NCBI GenBank assembly: GCA_046733215.1 | Contig: JBKPOS010000099.1 | Span: 1,545 to 65,544 of the forward strand | DNA: 64,000 nucleotides | Source: Gemmatimonadota bacterium | GTDB lineage: Bacteria; Gemmatimonadota; Gemmatimonadetes; Gemmatimonadales; GWC2-71-9 | Reading direction: 5' to 3' | Shown: positions 34,700 to 42,647 of the stretch, in pieces | Layout of the letters: every line of letters begins with the position of its first letter | Numbering within the stretch: position 1 is the stretch's first letter | The notes under the pieces: generated by a model | Told to the model about the DNA's origin: nothing | What the model saw: only the letters and a program-made list of their open reading frames with translations | Databases searched by the model: none | Translations under genes and position numbers: made by a program

Positions 34700-35404
34700 G
34701 TGCCCGTTGTCGCGCTTGACATTCTTCGCCGAGTTCCGCTCTTCGAGGGCCTCTCGGACGCGGACCTCAACTCGTTTGCTGATTTCATCAGGGAACGAAG
34801 CTATCCCAAGGGCAGCGTCATCGTTTTCGAAGACGACCCAGGTGATGCGCTGTATGTGGTAGCGTCCGGCCAGGTCAAGGTTGTGCTGGTGGCGGAAGAT
34901 GGTCGCGAGGTAATCCTCTCCGTATTGGGTCCGGGAAGCTTTTTCGGGGAGATGGCGATTTTGGACGACGAACCCCGCTCCGCCCATGTCATCGCCATGG
35001 AAGAATCCAACCTCCTCATGCTGCGGCGCGAGGACTTCCAGGCCCGGCTTCGGTCGATGCCGGATGTCGCCATCTCGCTGTTGCGGGAGATCTCCCGCCG
35101 GCTCCGGCGGGCGGACGAAAAGATCGGCAGTCTGGTGCTGCTCGATGTCCACGGTCGCTTGGCCCACCTCCTCCTGCGCATGGCCGATGAAGAGCAAGGC
35201 GACCGTATTACCCGGAAGCTCACACATCACACGATTGCGCAGATGATCGGGTCGAGCCGGGAAACGGTGTCGCGCGCGATGCGCAATCTGGTAGAGCAGA
35301 ACATCATCGAAGTGACCCGAACCGACATTGCACTCAAGAATCGGCAGGCCCTCCTTGCGGCGGCCCGGCGAGAGCGCGCAGCTACTGTCCCGCGGCCCGC
35401 GTGA
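34700..35404 (+). CDS. Crp/Fnr family transcriptional regulator
   Basis: cNMP-binding fold (FFGEMAILDDEPRSAHV) and a C-terminal HTH (TIAQMIGSSRETVSRAMRNL). There is no N-terminal Cys cluster, so it is not a classical FNR. Confidence 0.85.
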   Translation: MPVVALDILRRVPLFEGLSDADLNSFADFIRERSYPKGSVIVFEDDPGDALYVVASGQVKVVLVAEDGREVILSVLGPGSFFGEMAILDDEPRSAHVIAMEESNLLMLRREDFQARLRSMPDVAISLLREISRRLRRADEKIGSLVLLDVHGRLAHLLLRMADEEQGDRITRKLTHHTIAQMIGSSRETVSRAMRNLVEQNIIEVTRTDIALKNRQALLAAARRERAATVPRPA

Positions 35405-35429
35405 GGCCGAGGCGCCCCGCACCAAGTCT

Positions 35430-36293
35430 GTGGGGTACAGCCTGACCTTTTGGGGTACCCGCGGGTCGATTCCGACCCCGGGACCCCGAACGGCGCGCTA
35501 TGGCGGCAACACGCCCTGCGTCGGCGTTTCCGACGACGAAGGACATCTGGTTGTATTGGATGCGGGCAGCGGGTTGCGGCCGCTGGGAAGCGCCATCATG
35601 GCCGAAGGCGGTGGCATGGCCGCTCACCTCCTGCTGACCCACACGCATTGGGACCACATTCAGGGATTCCCCTTCTTCAAGCCGCTGGGCGTTGTGGGAA
35701 ACGAGCTCCACGTGTACGGGGCGGCTCAAGAGGGCGTAGAGTTGTCGGAGATTCTCCGGCGACAGATGGAGCCAACCGTCTTTCCAGTCCCGCTCAGCGC
35801 CCTCGCAGCCAACATCGTGGTCAGCCCCGTCACGGAGGGCACTTTCGAGATCGATGGGTTCCGCGTGGCGGCGTTTCGACTTCGACATCCCGGAACCACC
35901 CTCGGCTACCGGCTCGCACCCAAGCAGGGTGGTCGGGGAGTCGCCTACATGACCGACAATGAGTTGGGGCCGGGAGGTACCTACTCGGTCGGGCCGAACT
36001 GGCGCAACGCGCTCGTAGAGTTCCTGGGAGAGGTGGACACCTTGATCCACGACGCGATGTACTCCGAGTCGGTCATCGCGGCCCGCGCAGGGTGGGGTCA
36101 TTCCACCCCGCGCGAGTCGATCGACCTTGCAGCGGACGCGGCGTGCAAGCGTTTGATTCTCTTCCACCATGACCCGGAGTGCGACGACGAGACCATCGAT
36201 CAGCGGCTGCGAGAAGCCAGGGACTACGCGGCCTCGCGAGCGCCGAATCTCGAGGTCGAGGCAGCCTGTGAAGGAGGGCGACTCACGCTTTGA
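35430..36293 (+). CDS. MBL-fold metallo-hydrolase
   Basis: LTFWGTRGSIP and LLTHTHWDHIQGFPFFKP (HxHxDH). Start placed at GTG 35430 to avoid overlapping the crp gene. The start is uncertain. Confidence 0.75.
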   Translation: MGYSLTFWGTRGSIPTPGPRTARYGGNTPCVGVSDDEGHLVVLDAGSGLRPLGSAIMAEGGGMAAHLLLTHTHWDHIQGFPFFKPLGVVGNELHVYGAAQEGVELSEILRRQMEPTVFPVPLSALAANIVVSPVTEGTFEIDGFRVAAFRLRHPGTTLGYRLAPKQGGRGVAYMTDNELGPGGTYSVGPNWRNALVEFLGEVDTLIHDAMYSESVIAARAGWGHSTPRESIDLAADAACKRLILFHHDPECDDETIDQRLREARDYAASRAPNLEVEAACEGGRLTL

Positions 36294-37530
36294 GGCGTCT
36301 GGCGGCAGTGACCACCCCAGCGGCAAGCCCCAGGTTCGCCGGCACCGCCAGCGCCAATAGCTCCATGTTGTCCTGGTAGAAAGCCGGCAGGATCTTCACG
36401 ATCATCCCCAGCAGCGCAACGAGCGCGATCAGCACGGCCAATCCCATCGCCGGGCGCTGGGCCCAGTCTGCCTTCCGCTTCAGTGCCGGAATCAGCACGA
36501 TGAGCGGGAGCGCAAGCAGATTCGCCTGGAAAAGATTCTCATTGCGGTAGGCGACGGCGTGGTCGGTGAAAGCCCAGAAAAAAGCGAGCATCCCGCCTGA
36601 AACACCGGTGATGAACGTCCAGAGCACGGCCAGGAAGACGAATCCCTTGCCCTGCCAATCATTCCCGGCCGTGTGGGAGCCCAGCCACCAGAGACCAGAC
36701 CCGAGCAGGAGGCCGATCACCAGATAACCGGGGAGCCAATGAGGTGGGTTGGACGGCGGGTCCGGCTGAGACGCCTCGAACAGCACACGCTCGCTCCGCA
36801 CCAGCGGCGCTTCGCCACCGGCCGCGTCGGGGACTTTGACGTGACGAATCCAGGCACGCAACTCGAGCGGCAGAAACATCTCGTCCCAGGCGGTCAACCT
36901 GCGATCGGCCGGCTGAGCCAGCCCGACCAGAAGACCGGTGTATAGAAGTGGGTCCGAGCTGGTCAGCCGCTCGGTGTGAAACCGGTAGGTGTGTCCTGTG
37001 CGAATCGTGTCGGTCTGAGCCCGCATCCGGCCACCGATGATCCGGTCCAGTGCGTCGCGCACCCGGGTGGAGCAGTTGTCTCTGTAATAGTCGTACCGAT
37101 AGTAGCGATTCTCCGGCCGCTCGTTCCATTTTAGAAAATCACGTAGAGCCACCCTTTGGGACGGCGAGAGGTTCAGCTCCTGCACCCAGACCGAGCGATT
37201 GGCCCGCCGGTAGATCTCGAGCGTGGAGGCGAGATCGAACCCCTCCATCCAATATCGCATTCGCCCCTGAATGAACCGCCAGAGAAAGTTCTCCTGCCGG
37301 AAGTCGAACATGCCGTAGTTGTATGCGACGGCGGTTCCGCGGGACCGGTCCTCAACCAGGATGGCATTGTGTCCGAAGAGTTCCCACACCCGGACACCAA
37401 CACCCATCGTCATGAGCGAAATAGTGAGCTCTGACCCCGCGACCGCGGGTGCGGGGGGACGCGGCGACTGAGCAGCAGCGGGCGCGCCGGCTCCGAGTAG
37501 GATGACTGCGAGCCAGCCGCTGAGCCTCAC
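36283..37530 (-). CDS. DUF4105 (Lnb N-terminal domain) protein with C-terminal membrane domain
   Basis: Signal peptide MRLSGWLAVILLGAGAPAAAQ. WELFGHNAILVEDR...AYNYGMFDF is typical of DUF4105. There are 4-5 C-terminal hydrophobic segments. Confidence 0.6.
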   Translation of the reverse strand: MRLSGWLAVILLGAGAPAAAQSPRPPAPAVAGSELTISLMTMGVGVRVWELFGHNAILVEDRSRGTAVAYNYGMFDFRQENFLWRFIQGRMRYWMEGFDLASTLEIYRRANRSVWVQELNLSPSQRVALRDFLKWNERPENRYYRYDYYRDNCSTRVRDALDRIIGGRMRAQTDTIRTGHTYRFHTERLTSSDPLLYTGLLVGLAQPADRRLTAWDEMFLPLELRAWIRHVKVPDAAGGEAPLVRSERVLFEASQPDPPSNPPHWLPGYLVIGLLLGSGLWWLGSHTAGNDWQGKGFVFLAVLWTFITGVSGGMLAFFWAFTDHAVAYRNENLFQANLLALPLIVLIPALKRKADWAQRPAMGLAVLIALVALLGMIVKILPAFYQDNMELLALAVPANLGLAAGVVTAARRLKA

Positions 37531-38537
37531 AAGGCCACGTCGCGGCCGTCCTGCGCGGACCGATAGACGGCGTCGAGCACCTTATGCAGCGTGATCTGCT
37601 CGTCGAGCGAGGGAACTTTGGCGTCGCCAGCGACGGCAGCCTGGAAATGGGCCCACTGCGCGCGGAACGACGCGTTGAAAGGAGTCTCCCGGCTCACGGA
37701 GCCGGTCGGCGAAACATCGGTTGGTACCCCGTGGAATTCCTTCCACACCTTGAGCGGATTCACGGCTGCCATCCCTCGGCTGCAGCGAAGGCCGAGCCCG
37801 AATCGCTCGCCTTCGCCGATGTGGCGCCAGGTAACGTCCAGAAAGACCGAAATGCCTTGGTCGCAAACCACGAAGGCGCTGCCGGACTGTTCGACCCCGC
37901 GCTCCTTGCCGGGACGATCCAATGTCGAGCTCACCCGTTCGGGGTGGGGCCAACCGGCGAGCCAGAGTCCCAGATCGAGAATCGTGAGACCCAGGTCCGT
38001 CATGGCCCCACCGCCGGCCTGATCCCGACGCTGACGCCATCCGAGCTGCGCGCGGGCGGGCCGATGCACGTGCCAGCTGCCCCGCACGCTCTCGACGGTT
38101 CCCAGCTCGCCGCTTTGGACAAATCCGCGGACAATCTGCACGTCGGGACGGTAGCGGTGGTTCATCCCGACCATCACGATGCGATCCCGCTTCTCGACCG
38201 CGCGTACCATGCGTTGCGCGCTTGCTGCGGAGATGGTGAGCGGCTTCTCGACCAGCACGTGGAGGTTGGCCGAGAGCGCCGCTGCCAGGTGAGCCTCGTG
38301 AAGATGGGTAGGAGACGACACGATGACCGCATCGAGCGCTTCGTAACGAAGCAGCTCCTCGATGTCGTCGAACGCGTCTTTGACCCCAAATCGATCGGCC
38401 AGGGCGCGGGCTTTGGGCAGATCGTTGTCGCACAGGGCGCGGACCTCCATGCCCTTCATCTTCTTCAGCACGGGGAGGTGCGCGACCTGAACGACGGCCC
38501 CGGCACCCACGATCCCGACCCTGAGCGGTTCGTTCAT
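37527..38537 (-). CDS. Gfo/Idh/MocA family oxidoreductase
   Basis: ATG 38537 with GGGAG upstream. LRVGIVGAGAVVQVAHLPVL Rossmann motif. EKPL motif (VLVEKPLTIS). Confidence 0.8.
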   Translation of the reverse strand: MNEPLRVGIVGAGAVVQVAHLPVLKKMKGMEVRALCDNDLPKARALADRFGVKDAFDDIEELLRYEALDAVIVSSPTHLHEAHLAAALSANLHVLVEKPLTISAASAQRMVRAVEKRDRIVMVGMNHRYRPDVQIVRGFVQSGELGTVESVRGSWHVHRPARAQLGWRQRRDQAGGGAMTDLGLTILDLGLWLAGWPHPERVSSTLDRPGKERGVEQSGSAFVVCDQGISVFLDVTWRHIGEGERFGLGLRCSRGMAAVNPLKVWKEFHGVPTDVSPTGSVSRETPFNASFRAQWAHFQAAVAGDAKVPSLDEQITLHKVLDAVYRSAQDGRDVAL

Positions 38538-38569
38538 CGTCTTGGCTCCCACGCTTTCCTCCCCGGTCG

Positions 38570-39829
38570 CTAGTAGAGGCGCTCGAGCTCGGTACCCGGA
38601 TAATAGGCCGCCAGAATCTGGCGGTAGTCCTGCCCCACCCGGGCTCGCCCCACAGCACCCCATTGACAGAAGCCGACCCCGTGGCCGTTGCCACCGCCGT
38701 CGGCGACCAGACGAGTCAGCCGAGGGCCTGAGCGCGAAACGGTCAACGTGAAGGTATTGCTGCGCAAGATGTCACCCGTCGTAGTTCGGAGCACCTGGCG
38801 GACCTTGGGACCGTCCACCTGTACGTCCTCAGCGTCGAGCGCGATGTTGAGCTGACCCACCCGTCCCGACGGCGTGCGGTTCGTGACACGAACGTCGCGG
38901 ACGCCGGTGACCCGCGCGGCGGGAAATCCGAGCGCATCGGGGAGCGACCGGCGCAGGATGGCTCTGAGAGCCTCACCGGTCCATTCCTCCCGCCAGCGAA
39001 AGCGCGGTGAGATGCTGCAGTACGGCGTACCGGTCTGATCGATATCGGGAACCGAGCGAAGATACGGCCGATCCGCTCCGCGGAAGACCTCCACGCCGTC
39101 GGCGGTGCGGCCGCCACAGGTCGAAAAGAAGAACGCATCGATCGGCTGGCCGCCCCAGGTGACGATCTGGCCTCGGGTCTCGGATACCGCATCGCGGCCC
39201 TCCGGCGTCTCTGCACCGACCCCACCATAGACCTGGTCTGCCACCGTCGGCTGAAGATCGAAACCATCCGCCCGCCAGCGGCCGAGGTTCCTGACCGCGT
39301 AAGTGCGGGAAACGATCGCCTGCGCGCGCAGGGCCTCGCGTTCACTGGCGTCGCGCCGGCCCATTTCTCCTGAGACGACGCCCAGGAGATAAGCCTCCAG
39401 GCCGACCTGATTAACGACAGTGAGGCCAGTCCGGTCGCGCAGCAACGTCAACGAACCGCGGTAGAGCCGCCCGTTCACTCTTACCGGTGCCGTCGAATCG
39501 GTCGGAATCACTCGAGCCTGGGTGACCGAGTTGACCGGTATGCCGGTGGTCGTACTGAGCGCGATCGCGCTTCCCGCGACGGTTGCGCGCCAGATTTCGC
39601 CGCGAGGGATATCCAGAAGTCTCCGGCCATCCGGCTCGGTGACAGTGAGCGCAGCATCACCGCCCAGCGCGACCGACGGGGCTCCTACGATCAAACCGAT
39701 CTGGACGTTTATCTCGCCAGGCAGGGGGCCGGCCGGCGGCACTGCCGGCGGCGGGTTGGCGCAGCCGAAGATGATTGCGGCGGCCAAGGCCCAGGCAACG
39801 CGCCTGCACTCAGCCGCGGTAATTGCCAA
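38570..39829 (-). CDS. SpoIID/LytB domain protein
   Basis: Lipoprotein-like N-terminus (AAAIIFGC). YLLGVVSGEMG, EALRAQAIVSRTYAV, DLQPTVADQVYGG and FFFSTCGGRTAD. TTG start at 39829 overlaps the end of yajQ. Confidence 0.8.
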   Translation of the reverse strand: MAITAAECRRVAWALAAAIIFGCANPPPAVPPAGPLPGEINVQIGLIVGAPSVALGGDAALTVTEPDGRRLLDIPRGEIWRATVAGSAIALSTTTGIPVNSVTQARVIPTDSTAPVRVNGRLYRGSLTLLRDRTGLTVVNQVGLEAYLLGVVSGEMGRRDASEREALRAQAIVSRTYAVRNLGRWRADGFDLQPTVADQVYGGVGAETPEGRDAVSETRGQIVTWGGQPIDAFFFSTCGGRTADGVEVFRGADRPYLRSVPDIDQTGTPYCSISPRFRWREEWTGEALRAILRRSLPDALGFPAARVTGVRDVRVTNRTPSGRVGQLNIALDAEDVQVDGPKVRQVLRTTTGDILRSNTFTLTVSRSGPRLTRLVADGGGNGHGVGFCQWGAVGRARVGQDYRQILAAYYPGTELERLY

Positions 39830-40310
39830 ACTTGAGCTCGATGCCGAAGTCCTGTCCTCTGAGCAACGCGATGACCGCCTGTAATTCGTCCTTGGACGGA
39901 CTCGAGACCCGGACCTCGTCGCCCTGAATGCTGGCCGTCGCCTTGCGGAATCCGTCCTTGATGGTCTTCACGATCTTCTTGGCGGTATCGGCAGGGATCC
40001 CCTGGGTGAGCGAGACGGTCACGCGAACCGAGCCGCCGGTTGCGGCGACGGGGTCGCCGAACTTGAGGTTCTTGACCGGGGCCCCGCGTTTGACCAGCCG
40101 TCCGCGGAGCACGTCGACGAGGGCATCCATTCGGAATTGATCGTCGGCCGCGAGACGGATTTCCGCCTTGGCCCGATCGAACTCGATCGTGCAATGGGTG
40201 CCCTTGAAGTCATAGCGCTGGGCGACCTCCTTCAGCGCCTGATTGACGGCGTTGTCCACTTCCTGGAGATCGGCGCCGGTGGAGATATCGAACGAGGCGT
40301 TGCTGGCCAT
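39810..40310 (-). CDS. yajQ: YajQ-family nucleotide-binding protein (UPF0234)
   Basis: MASNASFDISTGADLQEVDNAVNQALKEVAQRYDFKGT...; length 166 aa. Confidence 0.85.
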   Translation of the reverse strand: MASNASFDISTGADLQEVDNAVNQALKEVAQRYDFKGTHCTIEFDRAKAEIRLAADDQFRMDALVDVLRGRLVKRGAPVKNLKFGDPVAATGGSVRVTVSLTQGIPADTAKKIVKTIKDGFRKATASIQGDEVRVSSPSKDELQAVIALLRGQDFGIELKFGNYRG

Positions 40311-40381
40311 GAACCCGGCAGGCTGTCGTCGAGGCGGAGATTAGCCGCCCAGGCTCTCGGCATCAAGCGTATTTCGCGCTC

Positions 40382-40506
40382 TTGACGTGCCGGAACGGCG
40401 CCGATACACTCACCATCACGGCGGTGGATTTAGGGCCACTTGCTCCCGCCCGGGCGTATGTATCGACTGGTCGCCCAAACCAAAGAGCTAAAGCGCCGGA
40501 TTTCAT
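40382..40506 (+). promoter_or_regulatory. metX leader: sigma-70-like promoter plus structured 5' UTR (candidate SAM-responsive riboswitch, class unassigned)
   Basis: TTGACG(40382-40387)-17 nt-TACACT(40405-40410). The UTR contains GAUUUAGGGCC...GCCC AAACCAAAGAGCUAAAGCG. UUUAG (40429-40433) is complementary to CUAAA (40488-40492). A terminator follows (next feature). Confidence 0.4.
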
Positions 40507-40540
40507 TCCTCCGCGCTGAATGGCCGGAGGATTTTTTTTG
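40507..40540 (+). terminator. Intrinsic terminator (attenuator) immediately upstream of metX
   Basis: TCCTCCG(40507-40513)...CGGAGGA(40525-40531) stem followed by T8 (40532-40539). It ends 13 nt before the metX ATG. Confidence 0.7.
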
Positions 40541-40552
40541 AGGCATGGGCGG

Positions 40553-41587
40553 ATGAGCGTGACGATAGCACCGACAGGAACCCAGGATCTGGAACTGGGC
40601 GACTTCACGACGGAGCGAGGCGACGTAGTCGCGGACGCCCGGCTGCGGTATCGGGTGATCGGCGACGTCGAGGCCGCACAGGAAAACGGCTGGATTCTGG
40701 TCTTTCACGCACTCACTGGCAGCGCGGACGTCGAGGCGTGGTGGGGCCCCCTGGTCGTCCCTGGCGGAGCACTCGATGTCAGCCGCCACGCCGTGCTCTC
40801 GGCGAACCTCCTTGGAGGATGCTACGGCTCCACCAGCCCGATCACCTGGCAAGCCAGCCACGGACGCCGCTTCCCCCGCCTGTCGTCGCTCGATCTCGCG
40901 CGGGCTCATCTGCCTCTCATCAAGCATCTCGGCATCCGGCGGCTCTCGCTCGTCAGCGGTGGATCCCTGGGTGGGATGGTTGCGCTCCAATGGGGACGGG
41001 TAAGCGCCGTTCCGGTGGACCGGTTGGTGGTCTTCGCCGCACCCGCAGCCACCTCGGCGCAGGCGATCGCGTGGAATGCGGCTCAACGCATGGCGATCGA
41101 GGCCGATCCGGCCTGGCAGGACGGACAGTACCGCGAGGGCGAAGGTCCCACGACAGGCCTGGCCGCCGCCCGCGCTATCGCGATGATCACTTATCGGTCG
41201 GCTGCGGAATTCGAGGAGCGGTTCAGCCGTCAATCAAGCCGGGTTCCCGGACGCTTCGATGCGGATCACTACCTCCGCCGTCAGGGCGACAAGCTGGTCG
41301 CACGATTCGATGCCGCGAGCTACGTGGCCCTGATGGATGCGATGGACCTGCACGACGTGGGTGACATCCGTGTGGCCGCGGCTGAGACGGCCGAACGAGT
41401 GGGCGAAGTGATCGGTGTGGGAGTTGACTCGGATATTCTCTACTATCCGGCCGAAGTGCGGGCCTGGACCGACACGTACCGCGCCGCCGGCGCGAACGCG
41501 CGGTATGTTGAGATCAAGTCGCTCTACGGGCACGACGCGTTTTTGATTGAATGGGACCAGGTGGGGTCGATAATGCGTGAACGGTGA
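40553..41587 (+). CDS. metX: Homoserine O-acetyltransferase
   Basis: ATG 40553 with GAGG 9 nt upstream. LVFHALTGSADV, GGSLGGMVALQW (nucleophile elbow) and YGHDAFLIE. Confidence 0.9.
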   Translation: MSVTIAPTGTQDLELGDFTTERGDVVADARLRYRVIGDVEAAQENGWILVFHALTGSADVEAWWGPLVVPGGALDVSRHAVLSANLLGGCYGSTSPITWQASHGRRFPRLSSLDLARAHLPLIKHLGIRRLSLVSGGSLGGMVALQWGRVSAVPVDRLVVFAAPAATSAQAIAWNAAQRMAIEADPAWQDGQYREGEGPTTGLAAARAIAMITYRSAAEFEERFSRQSSRVPGRFDADHYLRRQGDKLVARFDAASYVALMDAMDLHDVGDIRVAAAETAERVGEVIGVGVDSDILYYPAEVRAWTDTYRAAGANARYVEIKSLYGHDAFLIEWDQVGSIMRER

Positions 41588-41655
41588 ACAGTAACGGTAA
41601 ACGGGGGTCCTCTTGACTGGAGCCCCCGTTCACCGTTCACCGTTTTACCGTTCAC
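41577..41655. terminator. Long imperfect hairpin built from GGTGAAC/GTTCACC-type heptamers; bidirectional terminator between metX and the sigma gene
   Basis: Left arm GTGAACGGTGAACAGTAACGGTAAACGGGGG (41577-41607), 15-nt loop, right arm CCCCCGTTCACCGTTCACCGTTTTACCGTTCAC (41623-41655). The metX TGA lies inside the left arm. Confidence 0.65.
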
Positions 41656-41659
41656 GCCG

Positions 41660-42529
41660 TCAGGCTAAAAAACTCTCCAACGCTCTCGCCCTGCTTACAT
41701 GCCGTAACCGGCTCAGCGCCTTTTCCTTGATCTGCCGCACCCGCTCGCGCGTGATACCCAGCAGGCTTCCGATTTCTTCCAGCGTCATAGGCTCGGGGCC
41801 ATCCAGCCCGAAATAGAGCCGGAGAATCTTGGCCTCCCGCTCCTTGAGCGTGGAGAGGACCTCTTCGATCGACTCGGTGAGTGCGTGCTCGAACGTTTCC
41901 GAGTCGGGGCCGGGATTCTGGGTGTCGGGGAGGTAGTCGAGGAGCTTGTTGTCTTCGCCCGGGGTGAGCGGTGCGTCCAGCGAGAGGTGATTCTGGGAGA
42001 TCGAGAGGGTCTTCTGGACCTCTTCCATCGAAATGTCCATCCCCTCCGCGATCTCGGACGGCGTGGGCTCCCGACCCAGCTCCTGGAGTAGCGCCGAGGA
42101 GCGCTTGCCGATCCGATGGAGCGTGCCCGCACGGTTCAGGGGGACGCGGACGATTCGGCTCTGCTCGGCCAGGGCCTGGAGAATCGCCTGCCGAATCCAC
42201 CAGACGGCGTACGAGATGAATTTGATGCCTTTGGTCTCGTCGAACTTGTGCGCCGCGCGGATGAGGCCGAGGTTGCCCTCGTTGATGAGATCGGCGAGGG
42301 ACACACCCTGGTTCTGATACTTCTTGGCGACGGATACGACGAACCGAAGATTGCTGCGCACCAGCTTGTCCAACGCCTCCGGATCGCTCACTCGGATGCG
42401 CTGGGCCAGCTCGACTTCTTCTTCCTGCGGGATCAGCGGATACCGGCTGATCTCCCGCAGATACTGGTCTAGCGAGCCCTCGTCGAAGGACGGACCACGC
42501 TTGCCGGACCCGACCTGCATCGGACGCAT
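41660..42529 (-). CDS. RNA polymerase sigma factor, RpoD/SigA family, short form lacking region 1.1 and the non-conserved insert
   Basis: Regions 1.2-4.2 are all present: LDQYLREISRYPLI, NLRFVVSVAKKYQNQGVSLADLINEGNLGLIRAAHKFDETKGIKFISYAVWWIRQAI and TLEEIGSLLGITRERVRQIKEKAL. 289 aa. Confidence 0.9.
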   Translation of the reverse strand: MRPMQVGSGKRGPSFDEGSLDQYLREISRYPLIPQEEEVELAQRIRVSDPEALDKLVRSNLRFVVSVAKKYQNQGVSLADLINEGNLGLIRAAHKFDETKGIKFISYAVWWIRQAILQALAEQSRIVRVPLNRAGTLHRIGKRSSALLQELGREPTPSEIAEGMDISMEEVQKTLSISQNHLSLDAPLTPGEDNKLLDYLPDTQNPGPDSETFEHALTESIEEVLSTLKEREAKILRLYFGLDGPEPMTLEEIGSLLGITRERVRQIKEKALSRLRHVSRARALESFLA

Positions 42530-42647
42530 ACGACTCGACCTCTCGTCCCAGGAGACCTTACTGCGCGTACCTTACCCTGCCCTGCATCGCCGCGCAACCG
42601 CCCTTGGCATCCGTTGAACACCGGTATATAACGCGGGCGCCAGTTGC

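Noticed and set aside
37582-38694. 370-aa (minus) and 329-aa (plus, 37584..38573) ORFs overlapping the Gfo/Idh/MocA gene
   Set aside because: These are shadow frames. Only the 37527..38537 frame shows the Rossmann GxGxxG and EKP motifs and a proper RBS.
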